Assembly: GCA_965112735.1 (NCBI GenBank)
Contig: OZ218958.1
Coordinates: forward strand, 372,001-436,000
Source of the DNA: Phaeosaccion multiseriatum
Lineage: Eukaryota > Protista > Ochrophyta, other classes
Reading direction: 5' to 3'
Length of the DNA: 64,000 nt
The notes below the pieces were generated by a model. The model saw only the letters and a program-made list of their open reading frames with translations. It had not been told where the DNA came from and did no database searches. The stretch's first letter is position 1. Each line of letters starts with the position of its first letter. The position numbers were made by a program, and so were the translations under genes. Positions 49,387-62,047 of the stretch are shown piece after piece.

Positions 49387-52300
49387 CTAAGGCCCAGAAG
49401 TTACGAGTGAACTGCAAAAATCACATCCACAAGGCCCACCATACATCTTGCTGGCGGACTGGCTCTCTGGAATGAGCTCGCCGTTGCGATTGCGCTTCCT
49501 GGGCCGCTTCTCGGCATCGGGCACGGCGCAAGTCTTGGTCGGCCCTGTGTGCACGCGCACGCCACCCCTCTGAGCCTCCTGATAATGCCCGCACGTCTTG
49601 CACATCTTTAAGGCCCTCTTCCGCTGTGGTTCATCGGGAAGTGTGGCCGGTTGACCACTGGCACCGCTATCAGGCACGCTTCCTCCCTCCGAAGAGAGGG
49701 AAGAGACTTGCTCCCGCAGGGTGCACGCCTCGGCGCTACTCGCAGCCGCAGCCGCAGCAGTTGCTGCTACCAAAGGCACACGCCCCTCTCTCAGCCGCCT
49801 CTGCTGCTCGAGCTGTCCTGGCGATGGGCACGTCAGCTGTGGCTCTAAGAGGGAGTTGTTGAACTCCTCCCCAGGCGCAGGCCGCCTCAAGTCCCTTGTC
49901 AGCATGGCCCCCTGCTGAAGAATCGGCTTCATAGTGGCCTTCGCGCTCATCCTCCTCTTCAGCCGTTCATAGTGCTGGCGCAGTTGCGCACTCGTCTTGC
50001 GGAAAACATTGCACCACTTGACCTCTCCTTTCTCTACCTTCGTGCAGCCCTTGTTCCAGTCGCCAGCAAAGCGGTCAAAGTCGATCGCACCATTTGCTAA
50101 CAGCTCTCCCCTCTCTGATCGTTGCCCGGCTGCGGCACCTCTGTACATCGAGGACTCCTTCAGGAACTTGGCCTTCTCCTCCTTGGTGGCCACCTTCCTC
50201 GCTGGAATCACGAGACCCGCGCTGTCTGCTAGAAACTGCGCAGAAGGCGAGAGGCTCTTGAGTGCAGTCAGCGACTCCTCAACGTTTGCGCTACGCTCTG
50301 CTGCCTCTGAGGCAGCAATGTCATCCTCGACGTACACAACATCACTGCAGCTGTCCTCTCCCGCCCCTTCCTCCCCTTTGAGCTGCACACTTCCCCTCAG
50401 ACCAAACCGCTCTCCCGTATCTGCAAAATCAAGTATGCAGGGTGATCCAGCGAACAGCGGCTCCTCCACAAACCAGCTCCGCGTCATGAGCTGAAGCTCC
50501 TCGACGCGGTGCGCATCGTAGAACTTGCCCAATCCCAAATCCAGGAGCAGAAATTGCTCCTCCTTGTCCTGATTCCACCTCCTGTTGAACTCCAGGGTTA
50601 GCGCATTCACCATGGGCGTGGACATGCTAGCATTGCCGATGAGCTTGCGGAGAAACAAATGGTAGTTCTCCGTGGCGTTCGTCCCCCTGACGCATGTGTA
50701 CGACGGCCTTCCGTTCGCCGCCTCCCCGTTCGCAATGTAGAGAGGTACACCCTCGGGGTCACTCAGACAACCCAGAGCGATGTGTTTGCGCAGCGCCTTG
50801 ACCTGAGGCAGCGAGGCACAGGCGGGATTGGGGAGTGGGGCAGAGGGAGGGGGGAAGGGCGCCTCGGGTCAGTGGGGCGAGGAAGGGGAGAAGGGGATCA
50901 TCAAAGCATTGCGAAGCGAAGCAAACGCAAGGGGGGGCGAAGGAGACGAATACAAAGCAGTGTAACTCGGAGAGGGAGATGGCAGCTACCTGCTTCAGGG
51001 CCTTCGGACGGAAGAGGGGCTCCTTCAGGTTGGCGTCCATCACGTCTGCGTACACGGCAATGAGGCGGTCAATTCTCTTGAGGAGCTCCTCGGGCTGTGG
51101 AATCCTTCGACGACAGAAGCGCAGGAAGTACCCCCAATCGTCATGCTTCTTCTGCCATATCTCAGCTTCGGTGAAACCCTCCTTCTTGAGTTGGGCCTCC
51201 ACAGCCCTTATGTCGTCCTCATTCGCCATGAAGACGCAGTCTCGGAAGTGCGCCATGAAGGGCTTGAAGGCCCCATGGCTCTTCTTCAGTACCTTTGAGA
51301 TTCGCTGGAGCGCGTGAAAGGCGTCTAGGCGGACCGTAAGGAGACGAGCACGGCCCTTGCGCTTTTCCTGAGTGTCAGAGTCGGCTTCCGCAGAGGTCTT
51401 CTCCTCTCCACAGTCATTCCCCGTCTCCACTTCCCCCCCAACCCGCGCGTCTACTTCCTTTTCCTCCTCATCCTCATCCTCCTCATCCTCTTGCTGCTGC
51501 TGCTGCTGCTCCTCATCCTCCTCATCCTCCTCCTCATCATCCTCCTCCTCCTCCTTCTCCTCCTGGTCTTCTCTTCCTCCCTTTCCCCCGTCTTTCCGAG
51601 CAACCGCCGTCCCGACATATTGCGGCACACATGTGCGCGCGGCCTCGTCGGAAGGAGCATCGAAGAAGCCCTCCTCCGACGGGGTCGTATAGCGCTCGCT
51701 CTTCTCGTCCTCCGCAAGATGTCGCTTCGAAGCTGCGTCCCGAACCGCCTTTTGTGCCACCTCCTCGGCGGAAGGAGCCACTCGAAGATGACCACAGTCC
51801 CACAGCACCCGCTGCCCTAATGTGCTAGCAAGACATCGGAGCGTCTTGGGGGAGTCCTCGTCGCCGTAAAGGGTGTGAGCCCCTCCGACAAGTACTTCGC
51901 ACACCTTCACCACTCCCCTACTACCGGATGTCTTCCTCTGAAGTCTGAGTCTGCCCCATGCCTCGCCATTGTGGGCAACGGCGACCCGTACACCAACACA
52001 CTGCGAATGTGTAGAGTCATACATGAGCAGCTTGGTACCTTCCGGTAAGGGATAGCCCGGCGCTGTGAACACAGAGAGAAAGGGAGAGGGCACAGGAAGG
52101 TGAGCGGTATTGGTGAGAAACGTTGGAGCGGTCAAGCAGGAAGCAAAGGGAGGGACGGAGTGAGTTAGATAGGGAGGGAGGGAGAGGGGAAGAGGAATAC
52201 CTACATGGATTGTAGATCGGGTCCGCGTGCTTCACCATCCGCTCGTGGATGGCAGCAGCGGCATAGGCGTCGATGGCAGCGTAGTTCAGCTGTAACTTGG

Positions 52301-53156
52301 TCAGCAAGGGGCTCTCCCAAGCAGACAGACGAACGCTCGGGTCCTTCCTCATTCTCTTGCCCAAGATCACGATGGAGAGTGACGCCAAAGCCTTAGGCAA
52401 ACTCGCCCCCTTGGCCATCCCAACGAGATCAACTACGCCCCTCACGTTGACCCCGTCATAGTTGTTCTCCAGGCGCGTGACGTCACCTGCTATGTTCACG
52501 CCCACCTTGAGAATGCTCTTGTCCCCGAGGAACTCACGCAGCTCATCAGGTACCCTCGGCCTCGTCTTCTGCCCGTGGCGCAGATGGTACACGTATGTGT
52601 CTCCTCCCGCGTTCCCGAGCTGGAGCGTGGCTGGCGCCTGTGCTGACGAGACACCAGGTTGACCGTAGCTCACCTCCCACTCCGCATCGAAGCCGATGAC
52701 CTTGTTGCCGTCTCGGGAGACTGCTGCACCTTGGAGGAGATGCTCCAGCGAGAGAGCAAACGAGTTTCGACTCTCTGCGGTCGCTTTCCCCCCGCACTTC
52801 ATGTAGCCTTGAGATGCTCCCTCTGGGATCTCCAGGTACGGAAGCTGCTCCGAGCTCGTCCCGTCACTGCTGATCGGAACCTGCTCCGCTACCTCACTCC
52901 CACCCGCACGGCTGATCAGGAAAGCGTACAGGACAGGGCCGCCCTTGGAAGGAAGTACGTCCGCGTTGGGACTGGAGTGCTCAGGAAGCACATGCTCCAA
53001 CGCGGTCTTTGCTTGCTTGCTTGCGCCCTTTGGCAGTGAAGACTGCAGCAGCAGCTCCCTCATCCGTGAGTGGACCGATCCGTCACACGGTCGGTGCACG
53101 CCAACGGGCATCCGTGCAACTGCCAGGACTGACTCAAGGACTAGCAATCCTAGCAA
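49387..53156 (-). mobile_element. Transposase-related gene (MULE/ISL3-like DxxH and TNxxExxH motifs) fused to a WRN-type DEDDy 3'-5' exonuclease; N-terminus not identified
   Basis: ExoI VIGFDAEW, ExoII KVGVNIAGD, ExoIII YAAIDA; RLDAFHALQRI; HIALGCLSDP; CVRGTNATENYH; C-terminal CKTC..H..C. Introns ~52205-52063 and 50989-50803 keep the frame open to the stop. Confidence 0.7.
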
Positions 53157-53891
53157 GGTGACTGCTCTGAGGCTTGGAGCTCGACTGGCTCACTCACTGA
53201 CTTGGTCACTAACTGAGGCGTGGCTGGAGCCCAAGGCGGTGCGCCACTCGCTGCCCCCCCCCCCTTTGTGAAGTCGCCAATCAACTGCTCAGGGCTGGGG
53301 GCACCCCTGGGAAGAGGAAGGGACCACGCACGTAAGAGCGAGGGCGCATGCACGCGCGCTCGCACGAGAGGGCATAGGCAGAGGCGGGCAGATGTGTTGT
53401 TCGCTTTCCTTTGACTTATCGTGGACATATGCACCTGGTGTGATGGTATGGCGAGGAGAGGCGCCCGAGTCGAAGGTGCACTCATGCTGCTGCTTCTCGG
53501 CCGCCGGTCAGTCACTGCTACCTCTAACTTTAACTGTGAATACTGCTCAAGTACATTATATCAACTGCCAGACTGTAAGCCCCACCTTTACGTTAAGAAT
53601 GGGGGAGCCTCTCATCCACCTCGCGTGTGCTCTGTGCACGCCGACAAATGATCAGGCATGCAGCTTCCGCAGCCGCGGTCCGGTGGTTCCGCCCTCTCTC
53701 GTCTCTCTCTATCGTCTCTAACTATATATCCATCTATCCCCTCCTCTTTCTCTCCATCTGTCTACTTCTTTTCATCTTCTCTCTATCCATTCTCTCCTTC
53801 CCCCTCAAACTCCTCATCCTTCCCTTCCTCTCTCTAGGCACTAGCTCTTCGCGCCCCTCCCACCATACCTCGATCTAACCCTGCCTCCTGC

Positions 53892-55528
53892 TCAGTCCTG
53901 AGCAGGCGGGAGGCACCCCTCCTCTGCGCTTCCCCAGCTGCAGCGGAAGGCGGAGGTGCTCCAGCACTCACATGCAGCCCGTGTGGTGAACGCCCCGCAG
54001 CTGCCGAGCCATCCCAGCGCAGGGCAGTCCAGCGTGCCCACCGGGGGCGGAGTGGGAGAGGAGGGAGGAGGGGTAGGGGGCGATGTAGGGGCACCGTCAG
54101 GCGGTGTGGGTGCGGGCGTGGGACTGCTACTTGAGTCTGCGCTGCGGCACCCGCCAGCGGCCCAGGAGCACTTGAAGGTGGAGGCCGCCCAGCACGAGCA
54201 GGAAGGAGCGTCGGTGAAGGCGGCGCAGTCGCCGCGCCAGCCCAGCTGCGAACAGTCTACCGCCACCGAAGATGGAGCCGCGGTCGTGGTGGCAGGGGCG
54301 GGAGTAGGAGTGGAGGTTGGCGGAGACGTAGAAGGGGCCGGGGCGGGAGTAGGAGTGGATATTGGCCCAGCCGTAGAAGGGGCCGGCGTTGGAGAGCCGG
54401 TGGACGATGAGCCGTCCGCGCAGGGGATGGAGGAGTAGAGCCCCTCACCCCCGCAGAAGCGGCACACCTGATTGCCTCCTACCCCACAGCCCAGGCAGCC
54501 TTGGTCATCCTTCTCACAGTCCGTGCAGGCCACGTCAAGGAGGCACGGCTGAGAGGACGAGCAGATGGAGGAGCAGTAGTAGGACTCATCACTGCAGGAG
54601 GTGACGACGCTCTCCAGCACACCCATTACGTAAGGGTCCATGTCGTCAATCCTGGCCAGGCGGGTGGTGTCGAAGAAAGACACGCCGTCCCTGATCCCTG
54701 CGGAGGAGCGGCCGAGGGTATCGAGCAGGCAGGAGAGGGAGCGGGGGTGGGGTGAGCGGGGGGAGGCAGCAAGTAGACTATTTTCATGCGATCACTCGCT
54801 GGGCAAAACTCACCCACAGCATAGGAGGAGTCACCAGTGCACCAGTGATAGACGGCTTGGTCACACGTGCGGACGCAGGTGATTCCCATGGCGATCGCCG
54901 AAAGGGTGCGTTCCCAAGAAGGCGTACCAAAGCAGCCAAAGGCTGGGCCGCGAGTCCCGGTCCATCCGACGTGGACATCACCATCCTCCCCTGCGGCTCC
55001 GTTGCCGCACTTGACGGAAATGTCCACCGGCGCTGGGAAGCCAGCTTCCACCAGCAGTCGCGTTAGTTGAACATCGCTGTCCACCTCTCCCGTGCCAGTC
55101 TCTGCTGTCTTCCACGTGAAGGAGGTGAGGTCGAGTGCCCAAGGCTCAAGCTCGATTCTGCAGAAGTTGGCGCCTCTGCCGGTGGTGTCAGTAGTAGTAG
55201 TGGTGGTGGGGACGTCCAAGATGACCTGAGCAGCCCGGACGTAGGCCGAGCAGCTGGACCCTGAGTAGTCGATGGAGAGCGCGTCCGCCACCTCGCATTC
55301 AACCTGCTACCGGGAAGAGCTTCAGTCAGTCAGTGAGTGAGTCAAGCCAGTCAGTCAGGCAGGGAGATACGACCTTGCACTCACCTGCTGGGCGTCGCTC
55401 TCCTCAAGGCAGTCCACGGAGTCGTCGGGGAACGAGAACGTCAGCTCCACCCTACTGCTGGCCACCACAGCAAGCCGTTGCAGCAGCAGCAGAATCGCTG
55501 CGATCACCCTCATGGTGCGTGTCGTCAT
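53892..55528 (-). CDS. Secreted Cys-rich protein (exons 55528-55385, 55303-54814, 54697-53892) with a GCLGC..CRFCG module, PT linkers and two C-terminal Cys modules
   Basis: Signal-like MRVIAAILLLLQRLAVVAS; GT-AG introns give a continuous frame; duplicated DC..LGW.G.C.AFT....C.CW..S.F.CSW module. Confidence 0.8.
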
Positions 55529-56079
55529 CTTTAGCTTCTTGTTCTCCTCGTTGTGTGCTTGTGTTTTTGGTTTGTTCTTGTACTTAGATGAAGAGAGAGG
55601 TGTGGGGCAAAAACGGGAGAACTTCACTGCCTTATTATTTGTCCGCACCCGCTCTATCGTATCTTGGGGATCTTCCGACCCTTCCAGACGAAACCTGAAA
55701 AAAAACAAATCCGGGAGCACATGCAGCAAGCAAGAGGCTGCTGCTGCCGGCCGGCCCCTTCCGGCCTGTGGATCAAGGTCAGTTACCGGTAGGTCCGGGG
55801 TCGGAGAGCTGGACTCCCCGCCCGCACCGACGAGCGACGAGTGAGCTTTAGATATGTGATGCGGATGCCATCTCTTTGGACACAGCCATCAGTCACTGAC
55901 CCACCAGAGAAAAGAATATGTTGTTGGGGTGGACCCCCTCGTAGTAGACGATCCCGACGACGTGGTGGGCTGTGCGAAGCACGTGTACAGTTCACCTTTT
56001 GACAACCTCTTGTTCACGCACAGCCAGCCACTTGTTCTGTAAGACGGTGTCCATCGGAAAGAATAGCTAGGTGACTCTG

Positions 56080-58020
56080 CGGACACGATAGCTGCGGTGG
56101 GATGCTCACATGTCGAGGCAACAGGCAGCGCTCCCCTCCGTTGATCCCTTTTAATCCGGTGCATGCGCCTCTCCCCCGCTTTTGGCTGAGGAAACATCTG
56201 TTTCGGAGAGAGCAAAGCGAGGCCAGGGAGGGCTTTTCGGATAACTCTACGATCCCTGACGTGGGATGCGCACGTTTCGAAGCAGTGAGCAGCCTCCTGT
56301 TGATCCTTTTATCCTATGCATATGCGTCTCCCCCCCCCGACATCGTTTCCCTCAACAACACCAGGCGCGGCAGCTGGCTGGGGCAGGCCCTCTCGCTCTG
56401 GACAGAGGGGAGAGCTTTAATAGTAGCTTCCCCGCTGTGAAAGCGCTGAGTGGGAAGCAAGCTCATCGCCAAACAGCCATGGGAAAGCGAGTTTGGATCA
56501 GCTTATCGACGAAGAAGGATATACCGCAATGTTCAGGGCTGTACAACACGGTCGGCTGGATGTCATGGACCTTCTGCTGCGGGAAGGGGCCTCCTTCAGC
56601 ACCAGATGCGGGGCCTTCGGAGACACGCCATTGGTAGTATCTAGCTTCGAGGGACACGATCAGGTAGTGAGGCGGCTGTTGGACCAAGCGGGTGCCGCCA
56701 CAGGAGTAACTCCCTTGATTACGGCATCAGAAATGGGGCACTCCACGACAGTGCAACAGCTGCTCTCGGCGCGTGCTACTAGTGTCGACTTTTGGTGGCG
56801 GAACATGGTTTTTCTCCGATTCAGATGGTCTCTCACTACGGATATAACTCTGTTGTAAGACACCTCATCTCAGCCCAAGCGGATGTGGACAACGCAGATA
56901 ATCGCGGGAGAACTCCTCTTCAAGAGGCATCGTTAAAAGGGTATGCGGGTATGGTACAGCAGCTCATCAGGGCCCACGCCAGCATCGACAAGGCTGACCT
57001 CGACGGTTGCACTCCTCTTCTCGGTGCCTGTCAGGAAGGGCACGACGCCGTGGTGGAGAAGCTTCTCTCTGCGGGAGCACGTGTGGACAAACGGGTCAGC
57101 AATGGCGCTTCACCCCTCCACATTGCAGCGCACCATGGGCACGAGGCCGTCGTCGCTCGTCTCATCTCTGCGGGATCCCGCATCGATATCACGGCATCAG
57201 ACGGTAGCACCCCTCTTCTTTCTGCCATCCACAATGACCAGCACGGGATAGCGCGGCAGCTCCTCTCGGCCGGTGCTTCGGTGGACAAGGCCTTGGCTGG
57301 GGCACGGCGGTATCAGTTCGGCCGGGACATCGAGCAACGACTTATGGAGGCGGCAGCAGCCTTCTTCCGGCCCCAAACCGCGCTGGACCTCATGCGAAGG
57401 ACGGATCCGACCTTCGGCAAGGAGAGCGGAATCCTGCCGCTGGAGAGGCCCTGGAGTGTGGGAAGCGAGACGTGGGAGAGCATGGCGGAGGAGATGGGCT
57501 GAGCGAGCAGGAGGGATGTGCGAGGTGGGGGCGGGTAGGGGCAACGACGACTTTGGCAACGAAAGAGAACCGCTCCAGCTCGCTCGCTTGCACCAGTCAT
57601 GCAGCCCTTCTTAGTGAGCCTGTACATCAGGATGCGATGCGAGAGAGAGACAGCCCACGACACACTGGGCTTGGTATAATGGCGTTGAAGTGATTGCGAT
57701 GCTCTGTCGCGGAGAGGAGCGGAGTACAGGAGGTAGGGGGTCAGGGGAGGGGAGGGGAGTCACGTGTAGCTTACGGGACCAATGGATGTAGTGTATAGCT
57801 TGGAGGGGGGGGGGGTGAGAGAGAGGGTCAGCGCGTTTGAAGGGGGAGAGTGCAATCCCAATGGATAGAGGCCGAGGGCTTCCTTCCTGGGTGGGGCATG
57901 CGGGCACAGCGAAGAGTCGTATCTTGCTTATATATATAAGTATATGGGTAAATACACAATGGCGAAGGTGAACGCCAGGTCCGAGGTGGGGGTTGTGCTC
58001 GTGTGGAGGCAAAAGGCGGT
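56080..58020 (+). pseudogene. Degenerate tandem copy of the ankyrin gene at 58269 (no first exon, frameshifts), with duplicated 3' flank
   Basis: Aligns with ~58370-60280; ANK frames 56493-56858 and 56792-57502. Confidence 0.85.
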
Positions 58021-58268
58021 CACGTCTGTGCTCAACACAGCCTCTGCCGTCTGCCCACGCAAGAAACTCCCCCCCCTGGGATCGGGATCTGTGAATCGGA
58101 TCACCAAACCCAATGCCTTCAGAGGCCTCCATAACTAAACATATCAGCGGGGAGGCCTGATACAAAGGCAGAGCGACCGACTACTGCACAGGAGGCGCAG
58201 CAGGGAGAGGGCCTTCTGTAGCTCCCTTGTCAACACTACCGTCTCAAGGGAGGGGCCGCTTGCTCACC

Positions 58269-59759
58269 ATGGCGCAGCGGACAACGTTAACGCCCGAGGT
58301 ACGACCTAGCGCCCACCTGTGAGACAGGTTTTCTTTGGAAAGCGTAGAGCAAGGCGAGGGGTCCTTCTGTGGATACGATAGCTGCGGTGGGAAGCTCACG
58401 TGTCGACGGAACAGGCAGCTCTCCGTTGATCCCTTTTCATCCGGTGTATGCGCCTCTCCCCCCGCTTTTGAGAAAACAAATGGACTCTTGTGTTTCGAAG
58501 AGAGCAGAGCGAGGGAGGGTTTTGTGGTGGATAAGATGGCTGCGGTGGAATGCTCACGTATCGAAGCAGTGAGCAGCTTCCTGTTGATCCCTTACAGCCT
58601 ATGTATATGCGTCTCTCCCCCCCATTCTCGTTTCCCTCAACAACACCAGGCGCGGCAGCTGGGGCAGGCCCTGGACAGATGGGAGAGCTTCCCCAATGTG
58701 GAAGCGCTGATTGGAAAGCTCATCGCCAAACATGGGAAAGCGAGTTTGGATCAGCCTATCTACGAAGAAGGATATACCGCAATGCGTGTGGCTGCAACAC
58801 AAGGTCGGCTGGATGTCATTGACCTTCTGCTGCGGGAAGGGGCCTCCTTCAGCACCAGAGGGGGGCCCGTTAGAAGCACGCCATTGATATCCGCTAGCGG
58901 CATCGGACACGATCAGGTGGTGAGGCGGCTGTTGGACATTGGAGCCCCTGTCGACCAAGCGAATGACCCAGGAGTTACTCCCTTGATGGTAGCATCAGAA
59001 ATGGGGCAATCCATGACAGTGCAGCAGCTGCTCTCGGCGCGCGCTAGTGTCGACTTGGCGGACGAACACGGTCGGTCTGCGATTTGGATGGCCTCTCAGA
59101 ACGGACATAGCTCTGTTGTAAGGCGCCTCATCTCAGCCCAAGCGGATGTGAACCACGCAAATAATGTCGGGAGAACTCCGCTTCTGAAGGCATCGGCCAA
59201 AGGGCATGCGGGCATCGTACAGCAGCTCATCAGCGCCCACGCCAGCATCGACAAGGCTGACGTCCACGGTGTCACTCCTCTTCACCTTGCCTGTCAGGCA
59301 GGGCACGACGCCGTGGTGGAGAAGCTTCTCTCTGCGGGAGCACGTGTGGACAAAAGGACCAACGCTGGCGCTTCAGCCCTCCACACTGCAGCGCACAATG
59401 GGCACGAGGCCGTCGTCGCTCGTCTCATCTCTGCGGGATCCCCCATCGATATCCCGGCATCAGAGACTCCTCTCCTTGCTGCCATCAACAGAGACCACCA
59501 CGGCACTGCGCGGCAGCTCCTCTCGGCCGGTGCTTCGGTGGACAAGGCCTTGGCTGGGGCACGGCGGTGGCAGCTCGGCCAGGACATCGAGCAGCGACTT
59601 CTGGAGGCGGCAGCAGCCTTCTTCCGGTCCCAAACCGCGCTGGACCTCATGCGAAGGACGGATCCGACCTTCGGCAAGGAGAGCGGAATCCTGCCGCTGG
59701 AGAGGCCCTGGAGTGTGGGGAGCGAGACGTGGGAGGGCATGGCGGAGGAGATGGGCTGA
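58269..59759 (+). CDS. Ankyrin-repeat protein with conserved C-terminal DPTFGKE domain (exons 58269-58298, 58650-59759)
   Basis: MAQRTTLTPE|gtacga...caccag|ARQLG joins in frame; about 8 ANK repeats; open to TGA. Confidence 0.85.
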
Positions 59760-60630
59760 GCGAGTAGGAGGGATGTGCGAGGTGGGGGCGGGTAGGGGCA
59801 ACGACGACTTTGGCAACGGAAGAGTACCGCTCCAGCTTGCTCGCTTGCACCAGTCATGCAGCCCATGCGAGTGAGCCTGTACATCAGGATGCGACGCGAG
59901 AGAGAGAGACAGCCCACGGCACACTGGCTTGGTGTAAGAGCGGTGAAGTGATTGCGATGCTCTGTCGCAAAGAGGAGATGAGTCGGAGAACAGGAGGTAG
60001 GGGGTCCGGGGGGGAGGGGAGTCACGTGTGTAGCTTACGGGACCAATGGATGTAGTGTATAGCTTGGAGGGGGGGGGGGGTGAGAGGGAAGGTCAGTGCG
60101 TTTGAAGGGGGGAGAGTGTAATCCCGATGGATAGAGGCCGAGGGCTTCCTTCCTGGGTGGGGCAGGCGGGCACAGCAAGTAGTCGCAGCTTAGAGAAGGG
60201 TATTGCCCTGCTAAACACAGAGTGGTAAAGGTGAAAGCCAGGTCCTTGGCGGGGGTTGTGCTCGTGTGGAGGCAAAAGGCAAGCTCCCCCCAATCGAGTC
60301 TATGCGTACTCAGTGACTGATGAAACACTTTGCTATTACGAAAGATTACGTAAACAAGATAAGCTGGTACTCAGTGACTTCCCCAGTGCTCTGCTACTTT
60401 TTGGTCTCTACCCCTTCGTCTTAAGAGAGCCCTGTCCTCGGCAATATCAAGTGGGGATCAGAAAGAAGCGTACGGGTGAGCCATGTTTCCCAGCGGTAGG
60501 AAGTGGATACGGAGTGCCGAAATTATATCCATCTGTGAATCTTGCTGCTTGCCTCTCGACCTTGGAGAAGCATGTGTATTGCATTTGCTCTCTGGACTTC
60601 GTTTATAGAATAGAGCCAGAAAGTGAATAC

Positions 60631-60715
60631 GTGAGTGAGTGAGTGAGTGAGTGAGTGAGTGAGTGAGTGAGTGAGTGAGTGAGTGAGTGAGTGAGTGAGT
60701 GAGTGATTGAGTGAG
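60631..60715. repeat. (GAGT)n microsatellite
   Basis: Seen directly. Confidence 0.95.
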
Positions 60716-61477
60716 GATGGATTCCTCGTCTACCTGCCCTGTCCGCCTCGTCCTCATCCTCTTCCTCCTACTCCTCCTCTTGCCCCTCCCCTCCCTCGCG
60801 GCGTCCCTCCCTCCTCTCCCCCGCTACCCCCGCCTTCACCCCTCCCACCCGACTCACAGGGGCTGACGCCGGCCCAGCACCAACCCGGCCACCACCACCA
60901 CTACCACCACTGATACCTTCTCCTTCTCTCTCCTGCCCGTCCCTGTGACGGGGCTTCCAATGGGCCTCTGCTGATACCCAAGTCCAATACCTTGCCCTCC
61001 CCTCCCAGCCCCCTCTCCCCCTCCTGGTGTTGGTGGTACTGAAGCCATTTGTGACGCCCCCCCCCTCCTCCTCCTCCTCCTGAGGGTTGGAGCCATAGAC
61101 AGAGCTTCTCCCCCCCCCCCCCAATGGCGAGATTGGGAACGCTCCGATGGCTCATGCTCCCCCCTCCCCCCCTGGCCCTCCACCCAGCGTATCCTCCTCC
61201 CGCCCCCTCCTCTCCGCCCCGGGGGATCGCGAGGCCTGGAACGATCGCAGACCGCTCCGCGCTGACTCCAAGGGGGAAGGTCGAAGCTGTTGTACCGATC
61301 TGGATCGGTCTCTGTGCAAGGAAGGCGCTCCGGTGGCGGCGGCGGAAGGGTCTTCTTCGATGATGCGCACTTGCTCGCAGCAGGGGAGAAAGGGTGGACA
61401 GAGGGTGAAGAAGGTGGAGAGAGAGAGAAGAGAGGGGGAGGGGAGGTCGTAGAGTGAACGCTATGTCAATGAGTGGA

Positions 61478-62047
61478 GGGAAGGAAGGAAGGAACGAAGG
61501 GAGGAAGGAAGGGAGGAAGGGAGGAAGGGAGGACGGGAGGAAGGAAGGAAGGAAGGAAGGGAGGGAGGGAGGGAGGAAGAGAGGGAGGGAGGGAGGGAGG
61601 GAGGGAGGGAGGAAGGAAGGAAGGAAGGAAGGGAGGGAGGGAGGAAGGAAGGAAGGAAGGAAGGAAGGAAGGAAGGAAGGAAGGAAGGGGGAAAGGGAGG
61701 GAGGGAGGAAGGGAGGAAGGAAGGGAGGAAGGAAGGAAGGAAGGAAGGAAGGAAGGAAGGAAGGAAAGAAGGAAGCATGGATGGAAGGAAGGAAGGAAGG
61801 AACGAACGAAGAAAGGAAGGAAGGCAGGAAGGAAGGGTGAAAGGGAGGGAGGGAGGAAGGGAGGAAGGAAGGGAGGAAGGAAGGAAGGAAGGAAGGAAGG
61901 AAGGAAGGAAGGAAGGAAGGAAGGAAGGAAGGAAGGAAGGAAGGAAGGAAGGAAGGAAGGAAGGAAGGAAGGAAGGAAGGAAGGAAGGAAGGAAGGATGG
62001 AAGGAAGGACGGAAGGAAGGAAGGAAGGAAGGAAGGAAGGAAGGAAG
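61478..62047. repeat. (GGAA/GGGA)n purine microsatellite, ~570 bp
   Basis: Seen directly; it explains the PSFL/RKEG pseudo-ORFs. Confidence 0.97.

Noticed and set aside
49200-53700. Terminal inverted repeats for the exonuclease-transposase element
   Set aside because: Only an 8-bp match (tcatccac) was found, which is not significant
60317-60350. CTGATGA...GAAA hammerhead ribozyme core
   Set aside because: The intervening sequence cannot form stem II, and stems I and III are not evident
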